From IMG/VR virus record IMGVR_UViG_3300017754_002321, positions 1 to 30,456 of that record: a DNA stretch of 30,456 nt, one strand, 5' to 3'. The first letter of the stretch is position 1; each line of letters begins with the position of its first letter. The stretch is from a virus. Taxonomy: Duplodnaviria; Caudoviricetes. Of the stretch, positions 1 to 9,363 are shown piece after piece. Below the pieces are notes generated by a model, which searched no databases, was not told where the DNA came from, and saw nothing but the letters and a program-made list of their open reading frames with translations. A program made the translations under genes and the position numbers.

Positions 1-3000
1 AGCCGCCGCGGCAAATGGATTATTATCTCTAAAGTTTAAAAAGTTAACTGCTCCTAATAACTGCAATGCAGCGGATCTAGTATTTAAGAACATAATAGCT
101 CCGGTAGATCCATTTACCCAATTGCTCCATCTGGAAGTTTCTCTATCATTGCCAATGCTTTTGTTTTTACCATTGATCATTCTATATAATATATCTTCAA
201 GAGCTTCTCTAACGCGTGTACCATATAAAGCTTCTACCTTATTCATATTAGGCCCGGTTAGCCTTCCGTTATCCCAAGTACCAAATATCTCTTCTACATT
301 GTCTATGAATTCGCCTAAGAATTTTTTTCTACCAGCTCCTTCTGTAAGATTATGCAAATCAGATATAATTGTATTAGAATCCCAATATTCTTCTGGCGTA
401 ACCCACCCTTTGCCTTGTCTTCCTGTAACAATTAATCCATTTTTAAAAGCGCTTAATTGTGCATCATCATTAACAAGTTTTGTTAATTTAGCAATATCTC
501 TTTTAGATATACCTGGAATTTCTACATCAGATTCATTCCATATTGCAACACGAATCGCTTGATCATAAGTAAAATCTCCATCTGGAGTTAAACTTTCTAA
601 TTTTTTACTAATATCCGGAAATAAATTAAGTAAAGCTTTATAGTTCTTTTTAATAGACTGTCTAGCTGCATCCATTAAATCGTTACCGTTTGAATATGGT
701 TTTAATAATGCGTCAGCAAAGAATTTTTTATGCTGTTCTCCTTTAGCGCCTTTGCCCATGAAATTATATAATAACAACTCAAAGTCAGCTGCTGATGGTG
801 GAACATAAAAATCAAACTTTCCTTTATCAACTCCTCTTCTTCTAGCAACAATGTCAGAAAATACCTTAAATCTTTCCGTGCCCGTATTCTCTTCAAGAAT
901 TTTATTAAAGTCATAGCTCATAGATTTACTAAACTTTGCACGAGCCTGTTGAATTTTAGATTTAACATCTAATACGTCTAAAGCATTTTTAACAGCATTT
1001 ACATTTGGTAAATGATCATCAGCAAAATAAAAATCATTATAACCATCATTTGCTTTTTGAACAATCCAATCAGCCTTTGCTTGAGGGCTACTATTACCTA
1101 ATCCTGTTATGTTTTCCAATGGTATCTCTATACCTATAGAATCTAAGAATTCTTTAATTGGGACTGCTGAATCAGCTGGTCTTGCTGTAAGTATAAAGAA
1201 ATTTTCTGGTCCGAACTTGCCAATCATTTTCTTCATCTTTTCAACCATTGGCCCTGGTTTACCATCAACTACTTTACTGAATTCAGAAAAATCAAATGCA
1301 GCTCCTTCGGCTAATAATCTAGATCCTTCTTTAGCAAATTCTGCACCATTTAATTTACCCTCTTCCCCATCAGGCATTATGTATAGCACATTACTTTTTG
1401 TTAATCCAACAGTATCGTCAAAGTCAAACACGGAAATACCTTTTGATGTTTTAGAATCTTTTGATAACGATTTTGTTATAGCTTGTAATTTGCCATTGTT
1501 TTTATTTGCTTCAACAAGAGTGTTGGACGATTCAACAAATTCTTTTCCAAGTGTTATGTTTGGATTATCTAACCCCTTTAAATGCCACATAAAGTCTTTA
1601 GCAAATGTAGCAATATTATAATATCTGGCTTCTTCCGTGTCGTCTCCAGCTATTCCTTCTCTTTGAAAACCTTCACTAGAAATTATTTTATCCATGCTAC
1701 TCGGTATGACCCCTGCATGGAAATCGCTCATTACCTCATCAAATAATTCCCTTCTTTTTTCTTTTAATTTTTTCCTTTCTTCTTCAGATAATTCTTTAGA
1801 TACATCTTGATTATTTTTAAATACCTCATGTAATTGCCATTTAGTCTTATCAACACTTTTTAAATGCTCATATATTAATGTTCCAAAATCTTTTGGACCG
1901 GATTCTGGATCAAATACCCATTTGGCAACTGCAGCTTTTCTTAATGGCGTTTGTTGATTTGTGTTTAAACTTGACCAAAGCATTGCTTTAGTGTCTTTAT
2001 CAACGCCGTTATTTGGATCATTATACCAATCTAACAACTCAAATAAGAAATCTTGATTTTCCTTTGCAGTAGCTTTTTGATTTTCTAAATATTCTTTATT
2101 ATTTCTATTTGCAAATAGGTCTTTAGCACTATCTTTAATATATCCTTTTCTATTGCGACCAAATGACTTAGGAGCATTTTCTCCTAATGCATTTTTTGCA
2201 AATGCCCAAAAGGAAGGTTTATTTGAGAATAATTGATAAGATATTTTTTTAGCGACGTATTCTCCTTTTTTATTTGTTCTCAAACGCGGGGTTTGTGTTT
2301 TTAAGGTTACTAAAGTATTACCTTCTTTTTCTTGTATTTCTGTTATAAAGCTATCATCTCCAATTTGTGCTTGCGAAGCCAAAAATGTACCCATTTTTCT
2401 TATCATTGAATTTAGCATCTCCCCGCTATATTTTTCACCTAAATAAGATATAAAATTACTAGCATATGCATGGGCTGCCCCTATTTTAGTCTCATTTGTA
2501 AATAATACAGAGGCATTCGCATTTGTTCTACTATTTAATATATCTAATCTATTACTATTTCTTTCTAAAGAAGCCTTTATCCATTTTCCAAAATCAAAAT
2601 TACTGCTTTGCTCTCCAGGTTCTTTAAATGCTTTTGCTAATTTAGGTGTATAATATTTTTTTATATCCTCCGCTAAAGAATTTAGATCTTTATCAGGTAT
2701 AACACCATTTCCATAAACTTTACGCAAAGCTTTAAGTATATCTTCTTTTTTAGGTAAAACACCATAATTAATATTGGCTAATTCAAAACCAAAAGCATTA
2801 ATATTTTCGTCTATATAGTTTCTTTGCTCCTCACTAAAATTATTATATGTTACAGAATATTTAGAATTACCTCTTTCTGCATCTTTTCTAAAAGTAATAG
2901 GAAAATTTTCTAATATTTCAACACCAAGTCTTGTTTGATTTGCAGTTAAAGCGTCGAATATAGGCCCTTGCTCCTCAAGATCTTTATTTATGATATCAAA

Positions 3001-6000
3001 TGCAGATTCTTCAGCAACAGCCTTAGCTCCAGACTCTTTTCTACCACGTATAGGATTACCGTCAGGACCAATAAATTGTCCTAAGTAGTCTGTATCAGAA
3101 ATGTTATTAAATGCATTAGGAAGTCTTCTAACCAACTCTGCACCAGATGTTCTACCAGCGTTGTCAGTTGAAACGGATTCTCTATCTATTTTTTGGTCAA
3201 CCCAATTAGGATAACTAACCCATTTTCCATCTATTTTTTTCTGTATTGCCTGAGGTATACCACCTTGACCGTTAGCACCCATTAACCAGGTGGTGGTCAT
3301 GTTCTCTAACATGTATCGTTTATTTTTTAATAACCAATTTACTAATTCGTTATCTTTTTTGCCACCCATTGCTTTTTTAACATCAATGTCTAATTGTTTA
3401 CCAATAGCATCTCTAATTTCCGCAATTAATGGAGTAATTGTACGATTTAATGAAATAGGTGCGTCAATACGTGACTTTAAAGTACGAAGCTGAGTTACGA
3501 TCTTGTCTGACATTGTTTTTAAGACCGTAGGCTCAAAAACATTTGACTCTAATGCGTTTTTATATTTTGGTTTTTCTTTTGCTTCAGAGACAGTTTCTTC
3601 AGCCATTAACCCTTTCTCTTCCGTAACATCTTTCTTAAAGTCTCCTTCTAATACCCTTCTAGATGCAGCAATAGCTCTTAAAGGTAATTGTCTGTTTATA
3701 TAAGCAGCTAAAGGTATGCCTTTTTCTGGTTTATAACTTTTAATAAGGTAAAGAATACCGCCATCACCTGTTTCAATTTCATCAGTAAGTAATTCTCTGT
3801 CAAAGCCTGGAGCGTCTCTACGCTTATCTACTATTCTTTTTGTAATAGGTTTAAATAAGTTAATAATATCCTGCGCGGCATCAACTCCTTTTTCATCATA
3901 TAATTTTTGAACTTTTTCAGAAGCAACAGATCCTTTCTCAGATTTAACAATTTCTTTAACTTCGTCTTCATCTGATATTTCTTTTTTAATTTCTTTTTTA
4001 GGAGCTTCTTCTGGAGCAGCTTTTGCTTTCTCCATTTCTATATCTAAATTATCAAGACGACTAATATAATCATCATAATCAATTTCATCATTTTGAAATT
4101 GACTTTCTAATTTATCTATTTTATTTTGTACTTCATTAATTCTAGTAATCGAAAATGCTGCGGTTTTTCTTTTTTCATCATCCCCACCTATTATTTCGCC
4201 TGAAAAAGCTATTGTATTTTGCGGTTTCTTTTTACCAAAATGAGCTTCTCTATTGTAATTTTTTACAAGCTCATAAACATATGCACCCTGGTCTTCCTTA
4301 AATTTAGGAAATCCGGGAGGTAGTAATTTATTTATAAAATTCCTAATTGCATTTAATGAGTCCTTTGGCAGTTCTACCCCATCTGCTGAAATATCAGATA
4401 AAGCATTCAGTGCCTCTTCGTAATAGTCTTTATTTTTTATAAGATCACCGTTCTCGTCTCTTAATCTTAATTTTTTTCCATTTTTCTCATATGTCTCGCT
4501 ATAACTAGAGTCTATTCTTTGTGAAACCAATGCGTATAAATCTGGATCATATTTTTCAAGATACTCAAGCAAATCTTTACCCGCTTGATTTATTTTGCCT
4601 TGATCTGCAAAAGCTTTTTTAACTGCAGAGTGTAAAACCTCATGCGATCCTACTCCTGTTCGACTATTTTTAGCGGCGTTTTTTATATGTATTAAAGCAA
4701 AGTCTCTGGTTATTCCGTCTTCACCTTTAATTGGCACATTAGTTGCATCAGTCAACCCCTCTTCTATACCATTTGCAAAGTCAGCCTTGCTAGAAGCAGG
4801 TTCATTAGATTTATTATAAAACTCTATTATTTCTTTATCTGCATTAGGCCCTTCAAATACTTTTATATTTACGTCAACTCCGTTGCTTTTAGCAAAAGCC
4901 TCAGCATTTTTAATTCCTTCTTTTATAAGTTTAGCATAATGATCATCTACATAATTTTCTTTTGCTCTTTTTTTAATTTCTTCTTGAGTAGTATCCTTTC
5001 CTTCCGACTCAAGCTCTGTTTTTGCCTTACTAAATAATTCATTTTTTGTACTGCTATTTAAACCATTAAAAGCATTAACAACTTTACCGTAACTAAGTTT
5101 CTGCATTTTAAAATTATACATTTCGTAACCAGTTGTAAGATCAAATTCAAATCTAGTAGATTGATTTGCTTTTATATTGTTTTCTTTAATTGTAGGGTCA
5201 GTTAATAAAGTTTCTCTTTGACCAACTAATTCATTAAATTTACCTCTATAGTAATTTTCTAATGTTTTTAATTGACTTGGACTTAAATTTGGGTCAGCAA
5301 CGGCTTCTGAGAAGTCTTTATTTACTTCTCCAATCTGTCTATTAATATCACCAATTTCTTTAGCTTGCTCAAGTGTTATATCAACACCAACCCTATCAAC
5401 AATACTATTTTCAATTTCTTGGCTTTCTCCAACTAACTCTTCAATTAATTTTTGTACTGGAGGAGGTTGCATTGGCAAAGGGGTGCTCTGGTCTTTTTTA
5501 TAACCTTCAACGCCTGTTAATTCACTAATTTGATTAACAATATCCTTCATTCTACGGCTTTGCTTTTTATCTGCTAATTCACTTGCAACCGCTCTTTTAA
5601 CAACTTTATATGCATCAATTCCTCCAAATCCAACACCGGCAACTCCACCTTGAGTATAAGATTCTAATCCTCCTTCAAATATATTTTTGTTTTCACCAAA
5701 TATGTATTTATCAACAAAGTTATCTACCGTGGTTGTACCAAGTTCCGAAAGACCTTCTATATTAAAGTTCTTAGCTGAGTTTTTACCCGCCCATAACAAA
5801 GCGTCTTTTATAGTTTTTTTAGGCAACATTCTAGCAGCGGTGCCAACTCCCTTAAGTATTTTTAATGTACCTAACATCTCAAATCCAACCTCTGCTCCAC
5901 CGTATATTGCTTTCCCTAAAAACTTTTTGTATTCAGGAAGATTTAATAAATCAGTATCGGCCTTAATTTGTTGTTGCAATTGAGCTTTTTCAAACCCATC

Positions 6001-7863
6001 AGTTGTATTATTAAGAGCGAATGTGTTTTCGCTTAGTCTTTGCTTAGCTGCTTCCGCGTCAAGCATTATTTGAGTTGCTTTTCCGCCATATCCGCTAGCA
6101 AAAAATAATGGTAATGCAGCGGATCCAGTAAACGCCATTCCAATAGATGGAAGAGTATTTACGGTAGCACCCATTAACCAATTACCAGCATCATCCATGC
6201 TTCTAATCTCATCAACCCCTATGCTTTTTTGGTATTGTTGTTTTTGCTTTTCTAATTCTCTTGATACATGTAATAACCCCGTTGCATCCGCTTTAACTAC
6301 ATCTTCTTGAGACATTCCTAAAACTGCCGCACTTCCATAAGCAGCAAGATCATTAAGAGCCATACCTACATTTGCTAAGGTTGATTTAGTTGAATTTGCT
6401 AATTGGCTTATTCTACTATAATTCGCGCTAAACGATGTAAGCGACGGTGCTAAAACCCCTCTTGTGTAATCTAATTCTTTCTGTAATTGACTTTCTTTAT
6501 TAACTATATCATTTTGCTCGTCTATTAAGTCTAATGATCTTTTCTTTAATATTGCTAATCCTTCTGGAGTAGGAGATTTTTTATATAACTCTGCATCCGT
6601 ATTGAAGTCTTTTACTTTAGTTTTATAATTGTCTATATCTTGAACCAATGCTTTTTCAGCATACTTAGAATCATTTATTTTTTCTTGCATTAATATTTGC
6701 AAGTTTTTTCTATCCTTTGGATCTAAATTTCTTGCATAATTAGTAGAAGCTCTGTTTACAAATTTTTCTTTTCTGTCTCTATCCCATGCATCAATCCTAC
6801 TTTGCTCCAATTGTAAAGGGGCATTAGGATTTTTTTCCCATTGTTTATAAATATAATAATCCTCAGGGTTTTCAAATGATTCTTTTTTTACTAATGATTT
6901 AACTTGAGCAGCTCCACCAGCACCACCACCTATTGACGCCAAAGCAGCAGTACTAGATGATTCTATATTCTCAAAACTATCTATTATGCTTTTAGTTGCT
7001 TGTGTTCTTTTTTCTTTTTCAGATAATGTAGGAGGTGTAATCTTTTCCCATAAATCTGGATATTTTTTTCTTGATAAAGATTTTACTTTATTATAATATG
7101 TTTTATCTCCGAAGTCTGATATGAATTTATTCATACCTTTTACATCGTCTAATTCGAAGAAAGTACCATCTTGTTTATAGCCAACCCCAGCCTCTTCCCC
7201 AATTTTTTTAATAGCTACTCTATCGCCAAACTTTGTTGCTTCAAGTCCTAATCTATTTATTTTTTTATTTAAATTATTTGTAGTTTCTTCAGCACTTTCT
7301 CGGTCAATGTCATAATCAATACTATATGGATTCTTAAAACTAAGTTCCTCTAAAGCAACTTTACGTCTGTAATCACTAGTATCATCTAAATATTTTTGTT
7401 TTTCTTCAGTTTCTTTTAGCGCTGCCTGCTCTTCTTTTAATTTTTTAGCATCTTCTTTAGCCCACATAACACTCCTTTTTGAGATAGGAGTTGCTGGAGC
7501 GCCAAATTCAAAAAAGTCAACAGACGAAGGCGCAGCGATAGCTTCATCAAGCATTTTTTTACCAATAGCCTCTTCTTTTCTTTTTTTAGTTGCTTTTTTA
7601 GCAAACTTATCAAATGATTCAGTGGCTTTTGATTCTAATGATTGTTGGAAAAAAGATTTTCTTCCACTCGCGGCTTTTTTTTCTTCTGCTTTTTTCTTTT
7701 TTTTCTTTTCCTCTTCGGTATCTTCAATTATAGTTACTGATGGATCAAATAAACTATCGTCCACAGTCATATCAATATTATTAGACAGCCCTGAAAATAT
7801 GTCAGCTTCTTCTTGATTTAATTCTTGATCATCTAAATTTTCTTCGTAATCTGATAATGCCAT
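1..7863 (-). CDS. Giant polyvalent (putative ejection/internal virion) protein, >2621 aa, 3' end outside the window; zincin, sigma-2-like and HAD domains
   Basis: ATG at 7863-7861 (MALSDYEENLDDQELNQEE...). The frame was open at every point I translated down to base 1 (...LLGAVNFLNFRDNNPFAAAA), and the ORF track lists no stop-terminated ORF in this frame. Motifs: HEVLH 4630-4644; GILYLIKSYKPEKGIPLAAY ~3700-3760; FDFDDT 1411-1428. Confidence 0.92.
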   Translation of the reverse strand, partial: MALSDYEENLDDQELNQEEADIFSGLSNNIDMTVDDSLFDPSVTIIEDTEEEKKKKKKAEEKKAASGRKSFFQQSLESKATESFDKFAKKATKKRKEEAIGKKMLDEAIAAPSSVDFFEFGAPATPISKRSVMWAKEDAKKLKEEQAALKETEEKQKYLDDTSDYRRKVALEELSFKNPYSIDYDIDRESAEETTNNLNKKINRLGLEATKFGDRVAIKKIGEEAGVGYKQDGTFFELDDVKGMNKFISDFGDKTYYNKVKSLSRKKYPDLWEKITPPTLSEKEKRTQATKSIIDSFENIESSSTAALASIGGGAGGAAQVKSLVKKESFENPEDYYIYKQWEKNPNAPLQLEQSRIDAWDRDRKEKFVNRASTNYARNLDPKDRKNLQILMQEKINDSKYAEKALVQDIDNYKTKVKDFNTDAELYKKSPTPEGLAILKKRSLDLIDEQNDIVNKESQLQKELDYTRGVLAPSLTSFSANYSRISQLANSTKSTLANVGMALNDLAAYGSAAVLGMSQEDVVKADATGLLHVSRELEKQKQQYQKSIGVDEIRSMDDAGNWLMGATVNTLPSIGMAFTGSAALPLFFASGYGGKATQIMLDAEAAKQRLSENTFALNNTTDGFEKAQLQQQIKADTDLLNLPEYKKFLGKAIYGGAEVGFEMLGTLKILKGVGTAARMLPKKTIKDALLWAGKNSAKNFNIEGLSELGTTTVDNFVDKYIFGENKNIFEGGLESYTQGGVAGVGFGGIDAYKVVKRAVASELADKKQSRRMKDIVNQISELTGVEGYKKDQSTPLPMQPPPVQKLIEELVGESQEIENSIVDRVGVDITLEQAKEIGDINRQIGEVNKDFSEAVADPNLSPSQLKTLENYYRGKFNELVGQRETLLTDPTIKENNIKANQSTRFEFDLTTGYEMYNFKMQKLSYGKVVNAFNGLNSSTKNELFSKAKTELESEGKDTTQEEIKKRAKENYVDDHYAKLIKEGIKNAEAFAKSNGVDVNIKVFEGPNADKEIIEFYNKSNEPASSKADFANGIEEGLTDATNVPIKGEDGITRDFALIHIKNAAKNSRTGVGSHEVLHSAVKKAFADQGKINQAGKDLLEYLEKYDPDLYALVSQRIDSSYSETYEKNGKKLRLRDENGDLIKNKDYYEEALNALSDISADGVELPKDSLNAIRNFINKLLPPGFPKFKEDQGAYVYELVKNYNREAHFGKKKPQNTIAFSGEIIGGDDEKRKTAAFSITRINEVQNKIDKLESQFQNDEIDYDDYISRLDNLDIEMEKAKAAPEEAPKKEIKKEISDEDEVKEIVKSEKGSVASEKVQKLYDEKGVDAAQDIINLFKPITKRIVDKRRDAPGFDRELLTDEIETGDGGILYLIKSYKPEKGIPLAAYINRQLPLRAIAASRRVLEGDFKKDVTEEKGLMAEETVSEAKEKPKYKNALESNVFEPTVLKTMSDKIVTQLRTLKSRIDAPISLNRTITPLIAEIRDAIGKQLDIDVKKAMGGKKDNELVNWLLKNKRYMLENMTTTWLMGANGQGGIPQAIQKKIDGKWVSYPNWVDQKIDRESVSTDNAGRTSGAELVRRLPNAFNNISDTDYLGQFIGPDGNPIRGRKESGAKAVAEESAFDIINKDLEEQGPIFDALTANQTRLGVEILENFPITFRKDAERGNSKYSVTYNNFSEEQRNYIDENINAFGFELANINYGVLPKKEDILKALRKVYGNGVIPDKDLNSLAEDIKKYYTPKLAKAFKEPGEQSSNFDFGKWIKASLERNSNRLDILNSRTNANASVLFTNETKIGAAHAYASNFISYLGEKYSGEMLNSMIRKMGTFLASQAQIGDDSFITEIQEKEGNTLVTLKTQTPRLRTNKKGEYVAKKISYQLFSNKPSFWAFAKNALGENAPKSFGRNRKGYIKDSAKDLFANRNNKEYLENQKATAKENQDFLFELLDWYNDPNNGVDKDTKAMLWSSLNTNQQTPLRKAAVAKWVFDPESGPKDFGTLIYEHLKSVDKTKWQLHEVFKNNQDVSKELSEEERKKLKEKRRELFDEVMSDFHAGVIPSSMDKIISSEGFQREGIAGDDTEEARYYNIATFAKDFMWHLKGLDNPNITLGKEFVESSNTLVEANKNNGKLQAITKSLSKDSKTSKGISVFDFDDTVGLTKSNVLYIMPDGEEGKLNGAEFAKEGSRLLAEGAAFDFSEFSKVVDGKPGPMVEKMKKMIGKFGPENFFILTARPADSAVPIKEFLDSIGIEIPLENITGLGNSSPQAKADWIVQKANDGYNDFYFADDHLPNVNAVKNALDVLDVKSKIQQARAKFSKSMSYDFNKILEENTGTERFKVFSDIVARRRGVDKGKFDFYVPPSAADFELLLYNFMGKGAKGEQHKKFFADALLKPYSNGNDLMDAARQSIKKNYKALLNLFPDISKKLESLTPDGDFTYDQAIRVAIWNESDVEIPGISKRDIAKLTKLVNDDAQLSAFKNGLIVTGRQGKGWVTPEEYWDSNTIISDLHNLTEGAGRKKFLGEFIDNVEEIFGTWDNGRLTGPNMNKVEALYGTRVREALEDILYRMINGKNKSIGNDRETSRWSNWVNGSTGAIMFLNTRSAALQLLGAVNFLNFRDNNPFAAAA

Positions 7864-7875
7864 AAATTTATTTTA

Positions 7876-9342
7876 TTATTGAGGGATTATTTGCATATTA
7901 TATTTTCCATCTGTTCCTTTTTTAACAAGGAAAGTTTTTGTTATTATTTTATCACCAACAGGCATTGGTAATTCATATAATATTTCTTTTGCATTTTCAT
8001 TTAATTTTTTAGCTTCCTCAAATTTTTTGTTAATTTCAAAATAATAATTTTTTCCACCTTTTTTAGCCGCTGCATGAGCTTTGCTTAGCTTTTCATCATT
8101 TATAAGAGTATTCAATTTCTTTTCTACTTCTATCTCTTCATTGCTAACAAAATATTTTTCACCAATAGCTTGTTTTTTAGGTATAGATTGCAAAATAGCA
8201 GCTCTCATGTTATGCTCAAGCCCTGTCATTAAATCCGTATTATCTAAAGGTATTGTTTCATTATAGTAATTTTTGTTATCCATTTCTTTAATATTTACAT
8301 ACTTAAGGTATGGGTCTTGTCCTTCGTACTCTTTATTGCCTGCCGTACGAGAAATTGTTGGTTTAACCTGATTATAGTAAAGAGAAGCAGCTTCATTTTG
8401 CGTTGCCGCGCTAGAACCATTTAAAGATTTAACATTAGTCTTTAAAGTTTCATCATCTCCTATTTTTTTAATATCAGGAGTTTTAAATAATTGCCTATAT
8501 ATTCCGCTTTGATTTCCTGCACCAACTTGCTCGGCTTCACCCATTCCGCTTTCTAAATATTCAGGGGCAATATTAGCAGTAGGAACACCATCTTTTTGCT
8601 CAAAAATATATGGAGCAATCGTTTTTATTTTATCTACTTTGCCTACATATGTTTTATTATACACAATACCATTAGGCATATTGCCATCCAATGCTTTTGC
8701 TAAATTTGTTGCACTTATAAATTCTTCTTTAATTTTATCACCATCCTGTACCTTTAATGTATACCCCCTTTGTGTATAATCATAACGGCCATCAGAATCT
8801 TTAAAAAATGAAGGCTGCAATTTTTCGCCATTATTATTCATAACAGCTTCTAATGCTTCAATATATACTGGATTTGATGCTTGTATATTTATACTACCTT
8901 CGGATCCAGGTACAAATTTTTTAGCTTTTTCGTACGTGCCAATTTGGCCGTTTAAATCACCAGCAGCATTAGCAAAACCATCTACGCTTGCAATAATTTG
9001 AGCAGACCTTCTCCTGTCTTCTGGAGTAGCTGCGCCAAACCCAATTCTTTTTTGTATTTCTTTATATTCTTTTATAGCTCCTTCATAACAGTCATAGTTT
9101 AATCCTGTATTAGCTTTGCCTTTACCTTTTTCTAAAATTACTTGTAACTGACCGGCTTTTTCTTCAGCCCCCTCAATTATTTTTTTATTTCTTTCAGCGG
9201 TTAGTTTATGCTCTTCGTCTATTTTATTTATAGTGGTAATAGTAGATTTAGTAACTTTATCAAGCATGCCTTGCAACGCTCTTGACTGTTGTGTTAAATC
9301 ATATTGGCCCTCTATTTCTGCTGGATTTTCGTATGCTCCCAT
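7876..9342 (-). CDS. Putative internal virion/ejection protein, 488 aa
   Basis: Long ORF with helical N-terminus, located between the pilot-like gene and the giant gene, as in podovirus ejectosome triplets. Function is inferred from position only. Confidence 0.5.
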   Translation of the reverse strand: MGAYENPAEIEGQYDLTQQSRALQGMLDKVTKSTITTINKIDEEHKLTAERNKKIIEGAEEKAGQLQVILEKGKGKANTGLNYDCYEGAIKEYKEIQKRIGFGAATPEDRRRSAQIIASVDGFANAAGDLNGQIGTYEKAKKFVPGSEGSINIQASNPVYIEALEAVMNNNGEKLQPSFFKDSDGRYDYTQRGYTLKVQDGDKIKEEFISATNLAKALDGNMPNGIVYNKTYVGKVDKIKTIAPYIFEQKDGVPTANIAPEYLESGMGEAEQVGAGNQSGIYRQLFKTPDIKKIGDDETLKTNVKSLNGSSAATQNEAASLYYNQVKPTISRTAGNKEYEGQDPYLKYVNIKEMDNKNYYNETIPLDNTDLMTGLEHNMRAAILQSIPKKQAIGEKYFVSNEEIEVEKKLNTLINDEKLSKAHAAAKKGGKNYYFEINKKFEEAKKLNENAKEILYELPMPVGDKIITKTFLVKKGTDGKYNMQIIPQ

Positions 9343-9363
9343 TTATATATTTTTATTTTATTA

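Noticed and set aside
1411-1428. DFDD as the catalytic DxDxD of a crAss-like virion RNA polymerase
   Set aside because: The motif is DFDDT (DxDxT) and is followed by HAD motifs II-IV at proper spacing. I recognised no RNAP motifs in the visible part, although the unseen C-terminus cannot be assessed.
7675-7712. Long T-runs on the plus strand as a terminator or slippage site
   Set aside because: They encode the Lys/Glu tract EEEKKKKKKAEEKK in frame, with no adjacent hairpin and no useful alternative frame evident.
122-7816. Plus-strand ORFs (122-562, 1109-1621, 3290-3493, 3503-3703, 5687-5983, 7622-7816) and minus-strand 702-914
   Set aside because: Antisense or out-of-frame shadows of the giant ORF, with Ser/Leu/Phe/Ile-rich composition and no motifs.
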